Source: Bigelowiella natans CCMP2755 (lineage: Eukaryota > Protista > Cercozoa). From it: a DNA stretch of 55,775 nt. Shown one piece after another: positions 22,383 through 34,619 of this stretch. The position numbers and the translations under genes were made by a program. The stretch lies in NCBI GenBank assembly GCA_000320545.1, contig ADNK01001167.1:1-55775 (forward strand), in the 5' to 3' direction. The notes under the pieces were generated by a model. It ran no database searches and was not told the origin of the DNA. It was given only the letters and a program-made list of their open reading frames with translations. Numbering within the stretch: the stretch's first letter is position 1; each line of letters starts with the position of its first letter.

Positions 22383-24091
22383 ACTCAGCGATTCATTCGT
22401 TCAATTGAACCGAATCTTGAATCTTGATGGAGGAAGTTCTGACGTGCTAGCGTGCCATGAATTGTGTGTTGGGGTGTGCAGACGTTAAAAGTTGAAAGTG
22501 GAGTGGCCAGAGATGGAGTGACACTTGCAAAGAAAGCACCATCACTTCGGCTGTGCAAGCATTGCACGCGCAGCTGCAGCTCCACAAACTTGAGTGAGCA
22601 AGCTAGAAAGTTCCACTTGAACGTTTCGATTGATTGCAGCTGCTGCCTCGCACGTGAGTGCCCTGCTAGTTGCAATGCGTCAACGTTGTGCACGACAACC
22701 GCGCTGGCGCAGGCTAGGAGTGCGTGCATGTGCAAAGTGCAAAGCCGTGCGAAAGCGTAGCGTGGAATTGGACCCTTCTGGCAATGGCTTCGGATTCCAT
22801 GAACTGGACCACATGTGTGTGCATGCATGCTAGCATGTCTTCACAAAGCACGTGTCCAACGCAACGAATTGTTGCCATTCGAGCCGGTCCATCTAGCAGC
22901 GCAAGCACGAGCCACACAACAACTCTAGAAGCGTTCATCTTGTGTCACCGTGTTTGGTCTGAAATGTTAAATCGATCTAGCAATCTAGCAATGTGTGGCA
23001 AGGCACACACGCACGGTGCATGTGTGTGCAACTTGCACATTGACCATTGGCATTTCTAGATTTGTTTTTTTTTTTTCCACCACATTTGTGTACCATGCAA
23101 TGCGTGCGCACGATCGACAACAAGCAACGATCTAGCAACCAAAGGGTCTGATGATCACATGAAATGCGAGCATCACAATGTGCAAAAACTGAATTGTTGC
23201 AAGAAAGAGTGTGCATAGATACGTATGGCACTTGCAGCAAGAAGATCAGTTGCGTGATTCGATGTGTACATTGGCCATGAGACACCTCTTAATAAACAAC
23301 ACTATACAATTCATTTTGTGTACAAAGCTTGGTATTGGAATATCATTCTTCTAGTGCAGAAATCTTGCACGGCGTCGGCGTTGTCTTTGCTTGCCGGGAG
23401 CTACCACCCTTCGTTTTTCCATCTTTCTTCAAGCCTTTTGATATGTGCTTGGCCCAAGATTCTTAAACAAAATAGATACTGTTTAACGAAACGAGTTTCG
23501 GATGGAAAAAGAAAATCCAATTTAAAATACGTACCCGAACGTTTCGTAACATTTGAATATGGAAGTAATCGACGATATGTCTTGGACACTGGATCAGGCT
23601 TCTTCATTCTGCAAAAAGGAAACAAAAATGTCAAACGTGAAAATTACAAGGGAAATCATTGGAAAATTTAAAAAAAAGGAGAGTAGTTGTAATTACGTTC
23701 TAACGGTTTCTGGTGTATTTGTCGTTGTGGTTATTGAGTAGCGAAATGCTCCTTTCCTACGCGTCAGCGATAAAGACGGGCCCTTGATTCCAACCTTACA
23801 TCGTGAGATTAGCAATCAGTGACGATACGACGATAAACATCCTCATCTCTCCCCCCAGGTCTACTGGATGGGAGGACAATATACCAGGGGAAAATACGAA
23901 TGCTTTCAACTTTCAAATAATTTTGGGGCTTGTCTGTGGGCCAGACGACCAAAACATCCAAAACCAATTCTGGCCGCCACGTTTCACACCCCGTGCCCCC
24001 CCTCCTCAAGATGCTCAAAAAGCTCACATGCTGGGTCCTTACTACCGACAATAAAAATAAACAGGGCAATTTCCTCCCCGTTTCCTCCCTA

Positions 24092-24131
<40 letters not shown>

Positions 24132-26773
24132 CCGGTGATCTTGGGGGCCTGAACCTGGATTCATCTACACCCGGAGACCGGGGGTGCTCTTCCCACGCCT
24201 TGCGACTCGTTCTCGCAGACGAAACATAGTACGGATCCGGTGATGCTTTGTTCCCTCTGACGATGGAAATCATACACTGATCAGTTAGTGGGAGACAGAG
24301 GGTGACATCGCCGCGATGCATTATCATTTAGTATCATTGCCACGCAAATCCGGGCCTCGTTTAACTGACCTCCTACGAGAGCTCTTTATGTTCGCCCCTG
24401 TGCGAGGAAAAAAAATCAAAGGGCAAATAACAAAAGGAAAAGCCGTGTCAGCAGCCTGGCGCAATGTTTGAATTCCGTTCCATACAACACCCTACACTAT
24501 TCTTCCTTGCTCCTCCTCCACCTCCTTTGAAAAGATAGGCACATACGTTGTGAATCGATACACGATCCAAGGGCCAAGGGAGGAACTTTCGGAGCGTTGC
24601 CTGTTGATTGGCTGCGGGGCGCAAGAATGGTCGATGGCGAACTCCTGGAAATAGTGCTCAGTTTATGCTGATGACGAGAAAGGCGAATACTCGAGGTTTA
24701 TATGGTATGTAAGGATAGTACTGGATGTGCCGCACACTTGAGGGCGTGGATGAACTCGACGTGATGTTCTGATAATTCGGATGTGAAATAAAATTGAATC
24801 AACGAGTTTTCTACTCGGCGTGTCCCCAATGATTTCTCGGTTGGGTTGTATAAATGGATTATATAATAAAAGATGTGAAGGCACCTGCGAGTTTGTCTTC
24901 AAATCTTTGCTCCCGACTCTGAAAATAAAACGATAACGTTGGAAAACATTATGGGTTCTGATCTTCCATTTGAATGTTGGCTCAAGAGAAATTAAATTAC
25001 CTTTGGTTACTATGGTCAACAGTGAGGGCATTCCGGCTCAACGGCTTGACGGATCGCTTCTGCGCGGGGTTCCGAGAGCCCCTAGAGAGCGCGCGTAAAA
25101 GGCGAAAGATGGATAAGTTTTACGATCTAGGAAATGTTGAAGTTAAAAAGTTTTTCAAATGAACTGCATAGTTTTGATCATGGATCAAGGTTCTTGGTAT
25201 ATCAAACTCTATACTCGAAATAACCCTCCCTGCAGCTTTACCCTACCACTCCGCATTCTTCAAATGTGTCGCACTTATCGTTCATGTACCTTTTCTTCTG
25301 CTTTGGCGTTCCATGTTGTTTATTTTTCTGCCATGCTGACCTTCGAGCATCGTGCTGTTTTCTGTTTCTCCTATTGCTCATTCTTGATTGAAAGTGTGAG
25401 TTTTTGGCACTGCCGTTTTGAATTGTATAGATAGCCTCGACGGCCACGGAACCCTGTTTACACCAAACATACACCCTTCAGGAAGATTCATTCCTAATCC
25501 CCAATCACACGGGTATGCTGATATATTACACACATGCAAACCACGCCCATCCACCCACCCCCCCGCCCCACACACACATTATATTTAAAATTCATGAAGC
25601 TGGACGGATACAATATGTTTTTGCCTGTGCCTACTTACTTTCGGTTGTCTCATTGGAATCATTTGGTTTTTGACGATAATTGTAGAATTGCTGCAATTGG
25701 CTCTGGATATACATTTGGGGCAATGAACTTCGTGTGCGACACTAAATACGTTAGGTTTAGACGTACATATCATTCGCTGGGAGGACGGTAAGAGATTTTA
25801 TATCTTTGGACGAGGAGTTTTGGCCTATACTCGGTCTAAATTGACTTCGCGTCATTGACTTCTGCAGAAATATAAGAATCAAGTTACATTTGGTATGGCA
25901 TCACATGCATCTGGTGTCATCTGTCACTGATTCTGTCACACCCGGTGAGCTCTTGCAGGGCTGGATGGCGGTTCCCCGTAAGTTATATATCTAATGAAAC
26001 AACAATATTACCAACCTAAATTTAGGACTATCTGTGAAGGTATTCTTTTCAGTGTTCGCAGCGGAATTTTCACCCGATCCTGCCATATGTACCTGTATTT
26101 CTGCGGCCGGGTTCCTCCTTTCCCTCCTCTCCGAGCAAGGTTTCCGAACGCCTTTTGTTGTTACACAGATACTAAGATGATGATAATCCAAAACCCGCCG
26201 GATGCAGAGATAGGCAAGATACCTCGCCTAGGTTGATGGTAACCATCCTTCGCAATCCCTCTTCCGAGTTTCGGCCAACCGAAGAGCGATATCAAACGTA
26301 CAGACCTCTCCGAGGGGTGGTTACGTTTAATGCCGAATTTGCCCCATATAAAGCCAATATTTCTTTCCTACGACAAATAAAAATAGAAGTCGCAGTCATA
26401 TAAAGGATGGCTTACCACGTGTCAGTTACGTACATACCTAGACTGGCTTCGCAGTTGATTTAAATACAGCGACAGCCGGTAACCGGCTTTATCCGCTAGA
26501 TCCTTAATCCGGCTACCGGTAGCCGAAGAAGTTATTTTTATAAAAATTCCCTGCGTTTATAACATAAATATAAGGTAAAGCGCTCGGAATGACGTGAAAC
26601 GCCCAACGCCTACCGAACAACAATCCCTTCCGGACGGCCACGCGACGAACTAGTCTCCGGAAGTAGCTCTCCTCTCATACCTCCAAAAGCAGGGTTGTTT
26701 GGAAGGATTCTGAACCAAAATTGAGAGCAGGAGTTTCTCTGTTTCCAGGGAGGCACAGCTAACTAAAGGAATC

Positions 26774-27379
26774 ATGGATAGAATTTTCAGCGCGGAGCAG
26801 ATTCAAGTTCCCCCGGTTGATGTGATAACCATGATTTCCTTTTGATATTCGAAAACCAAACTCCACAATCACCCCCTCGCTGTTTTAAGAGAGATGCGGA
26901 GAGGGAAAGGGCGATGTATCAATTCGTAGATGAAGCTTCCAGAGCGGTCTCTATTGAAAAGCGTCGTAGCCGTCACGGATTTTAGCACACAAACGTATTT
27001 CGATTTATTTGAACATGAGACGGCCCAAAAGATCCACTGAAGATACTATTCTTGAGGCATACAAAGCACATCCGTGTTTATGTTTCTTTTCATGCCTGCC
27101 TAATAATGTTGGTGGGAATAAGTAAGATGACAATTGTTCATTTCTTTCAGGCACTCCCTTCAGTCATGAAGGCTTGGACGAAAGAAGTTATTCGATGCAA
27201 ACCCAATGACATTGTGAAATTCTCCAAAGAGTAATACGTTTCCTTTCTGCTTGCCAAAAAGTTGTTTTTTTGACTGATTGAATCGTTGCCTTTCTAGATA
27301 TTTTACAGCGTTGAGCGAAGGCACCATTGAGAACTTCCTGAAGAAAGAACGCTGTCCTTTGTCTGAGAAGAAAGAGTAG
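26774..27379 (+). CDS. Small RIIa dimerization/docking-domain protein (ropporin / RSP11-like), 67 aa, 3 exons
   Basis: Exons 26774-26815, 27151-27230 and 27298-27379 join in frame: MDRIFSAEQIQVPPALPSVMKAWTKEVIRCKPNDIVKFSKEYFTAL..., matching the ropporin-type RIIa motif (EQI.vPp.lp.ilK.ytK.vIR.qP.d......YF). Confidence 0.85.
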
Positions 27380-27905
27380 CAAATAAATATAATGAACTCT
27401 GACGCGAGATATTCTTGAAAACATGTCGATGCAGAAATGGAAGTATTCGTTCATATCGAATGGTGAGCAGACGTACGATGGAACTGATCTCAAATGACCA
27501 TCATGCTCACTTGCGGTCAAAAGAGACAAGTAACATCTGTAGATAGATCTATAAGTAGACAACTAATATCTGTGGATAAACACATGTCAATATATGTATA
27601 CATGTATACATATACATGTATTTAGTCCCTCTTAGTCTACTGAAATCATGGTGGCAACAAATAGTGGCATCATTAGATGTGGTTTTGCATATCTCTACAT
27701 ATGCCCAGCATGTAATGTCCGGTTTGTGTATGTGCAAGCGTTGTTGTCACGTCACAATGTGGCGTGCTCACAGCAGACACACATCTAAAAGCTAGCATGT
27801 GCAAACAGGGGATATAGCTAGGTAGCATGATTTGTTTGGTTAGGCATCTCAGCGCACCATTGGCAATTATAGACATAGTAATATGTAATATGCGTGCATA
27901 TGTGT

Positions 27906-28075
27906 GAGACGGATGTGATGAAGAATCAAATTTTTTCAATGGTCATCCTGATGTAGCTGTGCAATGCAGCGGCTACAGCGCTAATGTTGCATCTGTTGGT
28001 TTCTGCCACAATGTGTTTCATGCATATGTGTATATTATGAAAAGATTTAATCACTTGGTATATAACATCCGTCTC
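27906..28075 (+). mobile_element. MITE-like element with 11-bp TIR GAGACGGATGT/ACATCCGTCTC
   Basis: Perfect inverted termini at 27906-27916 and 28065-28075. The interior is homologous to the reverse complement of ~43630-43760 and, more loosely, to ~4467-4670. Confidence 0.7.
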
Positions 28076-28345
28076 GATCGTGATGTATCATACGACACAC
28101 ATACAATGTTACGTTCTAGCGTGGTCTGTCATTAGACACCGTGCCATGACGTCAATGCGCATGCAATAGACGCAAGATATGCCTTTGTTCAATCTGACGC
28201 GCGCACTCAGCGTGCAAAGCCGCCCCAGCTAGCTAGCCTAGTAGCGCTTGCATGCTGGAGCTAATTTGTCATGTTCAATCACAACTTGGGCAAACCGCGG
28301 AAGCAACCTGACAATGTTGTCACGAAAAGCGAGAATGCTAGAGCA

Positions 28346-29634
28346 TTACTTCTTCGGCACACTCTTTCCCAGTGCCTCGAGCAGCTTCGCATCCCATGTG
28401 TTCGCATTTCGATCATACACACGATAGTAGCCATCGTCGTCCCACACAGCAGCGGAAAACCCCCTGGCCTCAATAGCTGCGCGATGGGCTGCATACCAAG
28501 TGTATCGGCCCGTAGACTCTGTCTGCGATGTCGTACACCCGAATTCTCCATAGTAGATTGGGATGTTCTTCGCTGTGCTCCAGTTTGCGATGTCGTCCAT
28601 CCATTGATTTAACGCTGCGATGTCGGAATCACTTCCCCAGGATCGCTTAGTTATAGTAGTAGGGTACCCAGCATAGTTCCAAGGATCATAGTTGTGAATC
28701 TCAAGCATCAGCTGCGTGTCATTCTTCGGAAATTCAAGCTTATTGGGATTGGCAACAATCCAGGAAGGATTCATCCATTTGAGCCCGCCGAACACCACGA
28801 TCCGCGTGGGATTGTTCTTCCGGATGATCGGAAGAATCGCGGCGTTCATGGCATTGAGGTCGTCTGTGGTGAAGCTCTGTGCGTGGGGTTCGTTGTACAC
28901 CTCGAAGAGTAAGGTTTCATTTTTGTGCGCGAATCGTTCCGAGACTTGCTGCCACAGCGCGCGAAACCGAGGAAGAGAAGCTTCGAAGTCTTCCTCGAGC
29001 CACTCGTCGTGGTGCGTGTTCAAGATAGTCACGAGTCCACGTTGGAGGGACCAGTCGACGATTTGTTCCACGCGATCCATGAATGTAGAGTTGATATTGT
29101 ACGGGTAGGAAGTGTCAATGTGGTTCCCCCACTGTACAGGAATGCGCACGTTCGTGAATCCAGCCTCTGCGTACCTACCAATGCCGGGTGGATTTTGGAT
29201 AAGTGGGAAGTGGGTGGGAAAGACATCCAAGAGCGATTCAAGGGCGGAGGAATGAAGCTGGTTTTGGAAGATATTCGTACATGGACAGGGTTATTTCATC
29301 AACCATGATGCGAGATGTTTTGCTTTGGTTTCAACATTTCGAGTATCGGTTTCAATATGTGTGTGAATGTCTCTATTTAACTGAACATCATCAGCAGCAT
29401 GATGCAACCGTGTGCATCTCCAATCAATTCGATTGCATTTGGCTCGAGGTATTACTGATCGAAGAACGACTCCTGCGCCCTCGGCGCCCACGCGCCCTCC
29501 TCCGGCGCGTCCAAGGTGTTCCCGAGATTTATCCCGATCCCCATCATCTTCTGCATTTCCTTCGGGGTGATCACCGCCAATAAAGGCTGGCTCGGAAAGA
29601 GGACCAGAATGGTGAAGAGACTCCTGAGCACCAT
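28346..29634 (-). CDS. Secreted glycoside hydrolase family 5 (endoglucanase-like), 2 exons
   Basis: Signal peptide MVLRSLFTILVLFPSQPLLA; GINLGNTLDAP; intron 29175-29455 (GT-AG); VRIPVQW, NTHHD, YNEP (acid/base), HNYDP, GEFG (nucleophile), WDD. Confidence 0.93.
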
Positions 29635-29904
29635 TGTGTGAGCCGAGTCGGTTATTTTACCGCAGGTACTACCAGGCAGTGGCCGATGCAGATCATGGTC
29701 ATCCTGCTTGACTCTTGCCGTTTTTCTCTGTGCGACATGCATAATATATATGTCGCAGGATAAAACCGCATATATTTTTTCTCCGAATGTCCGGCTTTGG
29801 GACCATGGACTAGATCTAGAACATATCTGTGTGAAGATACACGTTATCTGAGTAATCACGCACGTTCGCCTACTGCTCGCACCCGTGTTGATCGGCTTGT
29901 AGTG

Positions 29905-32900
29905 ATGATGAAGAAGATGCAGTGCTCCGTGATTTCGTGGTTGTGCGTCCTCGCCGTGGCCATCCTTCTGATGGTAACAAATCTGCACGATGTCGTGGCG
30001 GTACTCTCCATCCGCTCATATATCACTCCTTGTGTCTTTTCCCCTCCTCCAGGCAGGTACGGTGAAAGGGGGAGGGGATTGGGAGCCCCCTGCAGGATCA
30101 GTCTCCAACGATGATTCCTACGATGATTCCTACGATGATGATGTGCCAGCGGGTTCCATCGTCGACGACGACGGGGGGGATTGGAAAGGAGCAGATGACT
30201 ACACAGGCAGCAGCAATGTTTACCATGGAAGGTGCCTCGCAGCTATTTACGAGCGCCCTGCAAACATACGAATTAATTTTCTTTAATGTAACTGCCATCG
30301 ATAGTCGGCGCTCGTACATCGAAGACGATGACGATGATGATTATTACTCATCAACGGGCTCAAGCAGGAGAGGAGGCACAAATTCGAAAAGCAACAGCGC
30401 GTACTAACTAACGTGTAAACCACCAAGATCGCGCATTATTCCCAAACATTCTTTTCTTTCCTCCCTCCCTTACTCCCTCCCTCCCTCCATCCTCCTCCCC
30501 ACCACCGCCAGACTCTTCGGAATCGGGTTGTTTTTGCTCTCATTCGTGGTTCTCTGGTGGTAATATCAACACAACATTGACTCCGAGCATAGAGTTGACG
30601 ACGAACGTCTGAGAGGGGGCAATAGACGGGGGAACAGCACGGGATGTGTAGGAGATGCAGCCCCCCTTTTTTTTTAATCTGATTAACGGCCAATATTGTC
30701 CCGTCAGGAACGAGTTCGAGTACGCAATGCTTCAGATGTTCATTTCCAGAAGCTTCATGTTTCCCTCTCGCTTACGCGCGCGCGCGTGTGCACCTTCACA
30801 CATGGATCGCTGTTGATTTGTTTTTCCTAAACGTCCCAAGGTATGTGACCGGGCAGCAAGTCTTGGGTGCTATCAAGAGCCAGGTTCGGCCCCGTTCTCG
30901 GCTCGTTTGTTTACCTGTTTGAGGCTGCTGTCTCTATGACAGAAAGCTTTCGTTTAATCATCGGCCGTTGATTGCTTATGTTGCACATAGGCTACCACAG
31001 TGGATGCTTCCGAAATCTTAGGAGCAAACAACAATAAGGTTAGATCGAACATCTCTCAATCAGCATGATGAAAGTTGTGCATAGAAGGCATTCATCATCG
31101 ATATCCTTCCTCTTACCCCCCCCCCCCTTCATCCCACCCCCCTCTTTTTTCTCCTGCAACACGGGTAGTTGGTACATGTCACCGGAAGAGTTGAAGGACG
31201 TTCCCACAGAGACGGAAAGTTCAATGTAAAGAGTGGACCTAAAGCCCTCAAACTCGAAAGGTGGGTTGCCCGCATTTCTTTCATCCCAACACGAGACGAA
31301 TGGCTTGGGAGGGATAAGAAGCGAAGAAGGCGATGGAGGCGGTGACCCCGCGACACGGTTACTACACGGAACAACCGTGCACTGACCGTGTCGCAGACTA
31401 ACTGATGTCCCAACTGTAAGAAATTCTCTCGAAGTATTTCTTGCCGAATCACAGTAACATGGTTGCGTGGAACCATCCATTTTATGCGGATATGGGGGGG
31501 AACCAGAAAAACTTCCCGCGAGTATCACCCTCCCCCCCCATCCAACTTACTCTCCCCCTCTATTAAACCCAAACCGCCCAGGCTCGTGGAGATGTACCAG
31601 TGGAGCGAAAGGCGCGAAGTCGTCAAGTCCGAGGAGCGAGCAGGGAGGGGGAAGAAACGGGTAGGAAGCATCATATGAAAATGAGGAAGGAGAAAATGCC
31701 GATGGTGATGATGGCTATGGTGGCGATGCGGATATGAATCGTGCAGGATTTTAGAAGTGCGTTTTATACATAATTTCTCCCATATCTCCCGTCTCCTGGA
31801 TATATATTGCGCGACGCGGCAATTTGTTTTAATCCCGCCCCCCCCCGCCGCGCGCTTACTGTTAGGTTATCGAGCAAGAGAAGTTCCACTACACAAAGAT
31901 CTGGAGCTCGCGGGTTGTATGCATCTTCTTCTACCAAGCAGCCGATTGATTCGGCTGGTCTCGTGTGCGTGTGAGAATGTGCGGAAAAAGACTTATTGTT
32001 GTTGTTGTTGTTGTCGTTGTGTTGCATTCTTGGATATCAGGTGATCGACTCTGACAACTTCAAGGACCAACGCAAAAAAAATCCCCCATCGTAATAAACA
32101 GCATCAGAAGCAGCAGCGTAGCAGTAAAAAAGGGGGGGGTATTTTAGGAATTGGAACAATCCGTGCCGAATTTTGCTTCAGTTTGGTTGCATGTAGAACG
32201 CAGTGATGACAATCACGATCATGGTGTTGATGATCATGCTTTCGTGCCGATTACTACTGTTTCTCCTGGCTGCTACCACCTCTCCCTAATGACGAGAGAT
32301 TACGACTGACCGCCTAGTGAATAATAGCGGTGACAGATTGATGCCAACAAGAAAGAGTGCTAACCTTTGTGCCCCCCCTGATGAGATGAGCATGCTGTGC
32401 ATGTTTTGCGTTCGACCAGAATCAAAATGGGGGAGAGCAAGACTTGGGAAGCGCCCACCTTCGCTCTCGGCGGCTACTCCCTCAGCCCCGCTTTGAAATC
32501 GTCCATTGGTGGAGCGAAGAGGTAGCAAGACAGCGTTAGATCGTAGTAGGAAGGCCGCCGCCGCCGCCTTCAAACCAATGGGGCAGTGATCACGATTCTT
32601 GCGCGATTTGGCATGATTAGCCTGCATGTGCGGCTGGTTTGTGGTAACGCCGACGTCGTAGCGGCGTTTCCTTGTCCGCATAATTCGAAACCCATCATCC
32701 CAGGCGTCGCCATGCCGATGAAACAAAAATTTAACAATGATCGATCATCTCGGTTCTCTGTGCGCACTGGCGGTGCTGCACGCGGTGTTCTTCGGGTTGC
32801 ATGGCGAGTTTGGGGCCCCCATCTGATAGTTGGCTTTGTCTTATAAATTTGCTTTCCCCCCCTTCTTGTTTTCCTTGTTTTTGGTTCGACTGGTGATTGC

Positions 32901-33018
32901 GGTGTGCGGTGATTGTGTAGCGAGATCTCACAGAAGGTGTACAAATATGGGGGAGATCCTAAGCCGTCTAACGATGAGAGGAAGGTCGTAATAGCTTTTC
33001 GATCGCAATGCGTCACAA

Positions 33019-33058
<40 letters not shown>

Positions 33059-34601
33059 TAATCATCAGAATAACTACTGTTTCGAGCTGCATGATGTATT
33101 TGTGTAAACGTATCTCAAAAAAAAAAAGAGAAAAACAAGTAATGATACCGGATGATGCCATGCTCTCCTCACTTGCGGGGACGACGTACATGAGCAGCGA
33201 TGATGACATCGACAACTAACCGCATCTGATGGCTTTTACAGATTGGAGATACAAGGGTTACTCATAACGTGGTGGAAGCTCGCGAAGTGTCCATGCTCGC
33301 ATTGCAGGTTGCACAGCGTTGATAATAGGCTAAAAATAGCGCCTTCTATTATCAGAATGGACCCTATTCATAACCACAATCATCATAGCCGCCGCTGCTG
33401 TCTTCTGCTTCTTCTCCTTCTTCTCCTTCTCCCCCCAACTACTGCGGGGCCATTAGAAACCTGGAAGGATTTTGGACAAGTATATAGAGCCTTCAACGAA
33501 AAGGTGCTGAACTTGTTGCTGCTGCTGCTGCTGTCGGCTTTTCTCCTTGAGATGGAATTAGGGTTTAGAGAGAGGAAGGGGATAAGGTAAGTAGTAACGC
33601 CTAGGCTGCATTTTGCTACCGCTCAGGAACGTCACTGTGATTAAGAACGGCACTGTTTCTCTTGAGGTAGTACTCTTTGGCCTCACACCGTGTCCTTTCG
33701 CATAAAATGCGGATTCTCTGAACAATAATTCTGCCTTGTCGTTCATCGTTCCTTCCCCCCCCCCCTCCACCAGGACATCTTGGGAAGCAAGCAGTCGTCC
33801 CAAAGGTACAGGCACGCGAGCTTCGAACGTGCACGTGCAGTGCATATCAGAACCACCACCGTGTCGTCATCAATTCTGCACGCATGACGCGATTCGCTGA
33901 GATGTGGAATGCTTTTGGTTGCCAGGAACTTTGCATTGTTCATGCGGCTTGCTGGCTTTGCGATGATGTGGATGGGGGTACGTTCATCATTGAGCCAAAA
34001 CCTACAGACATATCATGTTGCTGGCCATGAATGTTTGCCTTCGGAGTAAAAGGCAGTATTGGGTTTTACACCCGTCCCCCCCCACACACGCATGTGCCAA
34101 CACGCACTGAGCTACAGACACGTTCGTTCTGGCGCATACAAACTTTGCATTTCTAGTAACGCAAACCTTTGTTATTCTCTCTCTTTTTTGTAGTTGTCGT
34201 GGACATGGCAGCCTCTCGTTGACATGGTCGATTTCATCCCGATTGTTGGAAGTCTAGGTACGCGCGGTAGCTGCTGTTGCTGCGATTATAACCACATTAT
34301 AGAATCAGCGGACTGTGACGGATGTTTTCTTCGGTTGTGCAGTCGGATTCGCTCGTGACGTAGGAACTGGAATCGCTGCTTTCGTATGCAAAGAACGCCT
34401 AACGCATAAATATTAAAATGAACTTTTATGATTCCATCTCACTTCGCTTACTTTTTTTAGGTGCTCTCGCTAATCACCATAATGCTGGCGTGGTTTTACT
34501 ATCGACCGTTGGTGGCGGGCACGGTCATCGCTGCTTGCGTAGCGGTGATGTACCACAAACAGTTGTCTTCGATGATTTCTGGTTCTGGACATGAAAAATG
34601 A
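29905..34601 (+). CDS. TMEM43: TMEM43 (LUMA) family membrane protein, many exons, with N-terminal signal peptide and acidic extension
   Basis: Exons encode LFGIGLFLLSFVVLW|NE, NNK|LVHVTG, R|LVEMYQWSE, VIDSDNFK..KNP, IGDTRV, PLVDMVDFIPIVGSL and LAWFYYRP...HEK-TGA at 34601, all TMEM43 hallmarks. Confidence 0.87.
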
Positions 34602-34619
34602 TACATCTTGTTGTCATTC

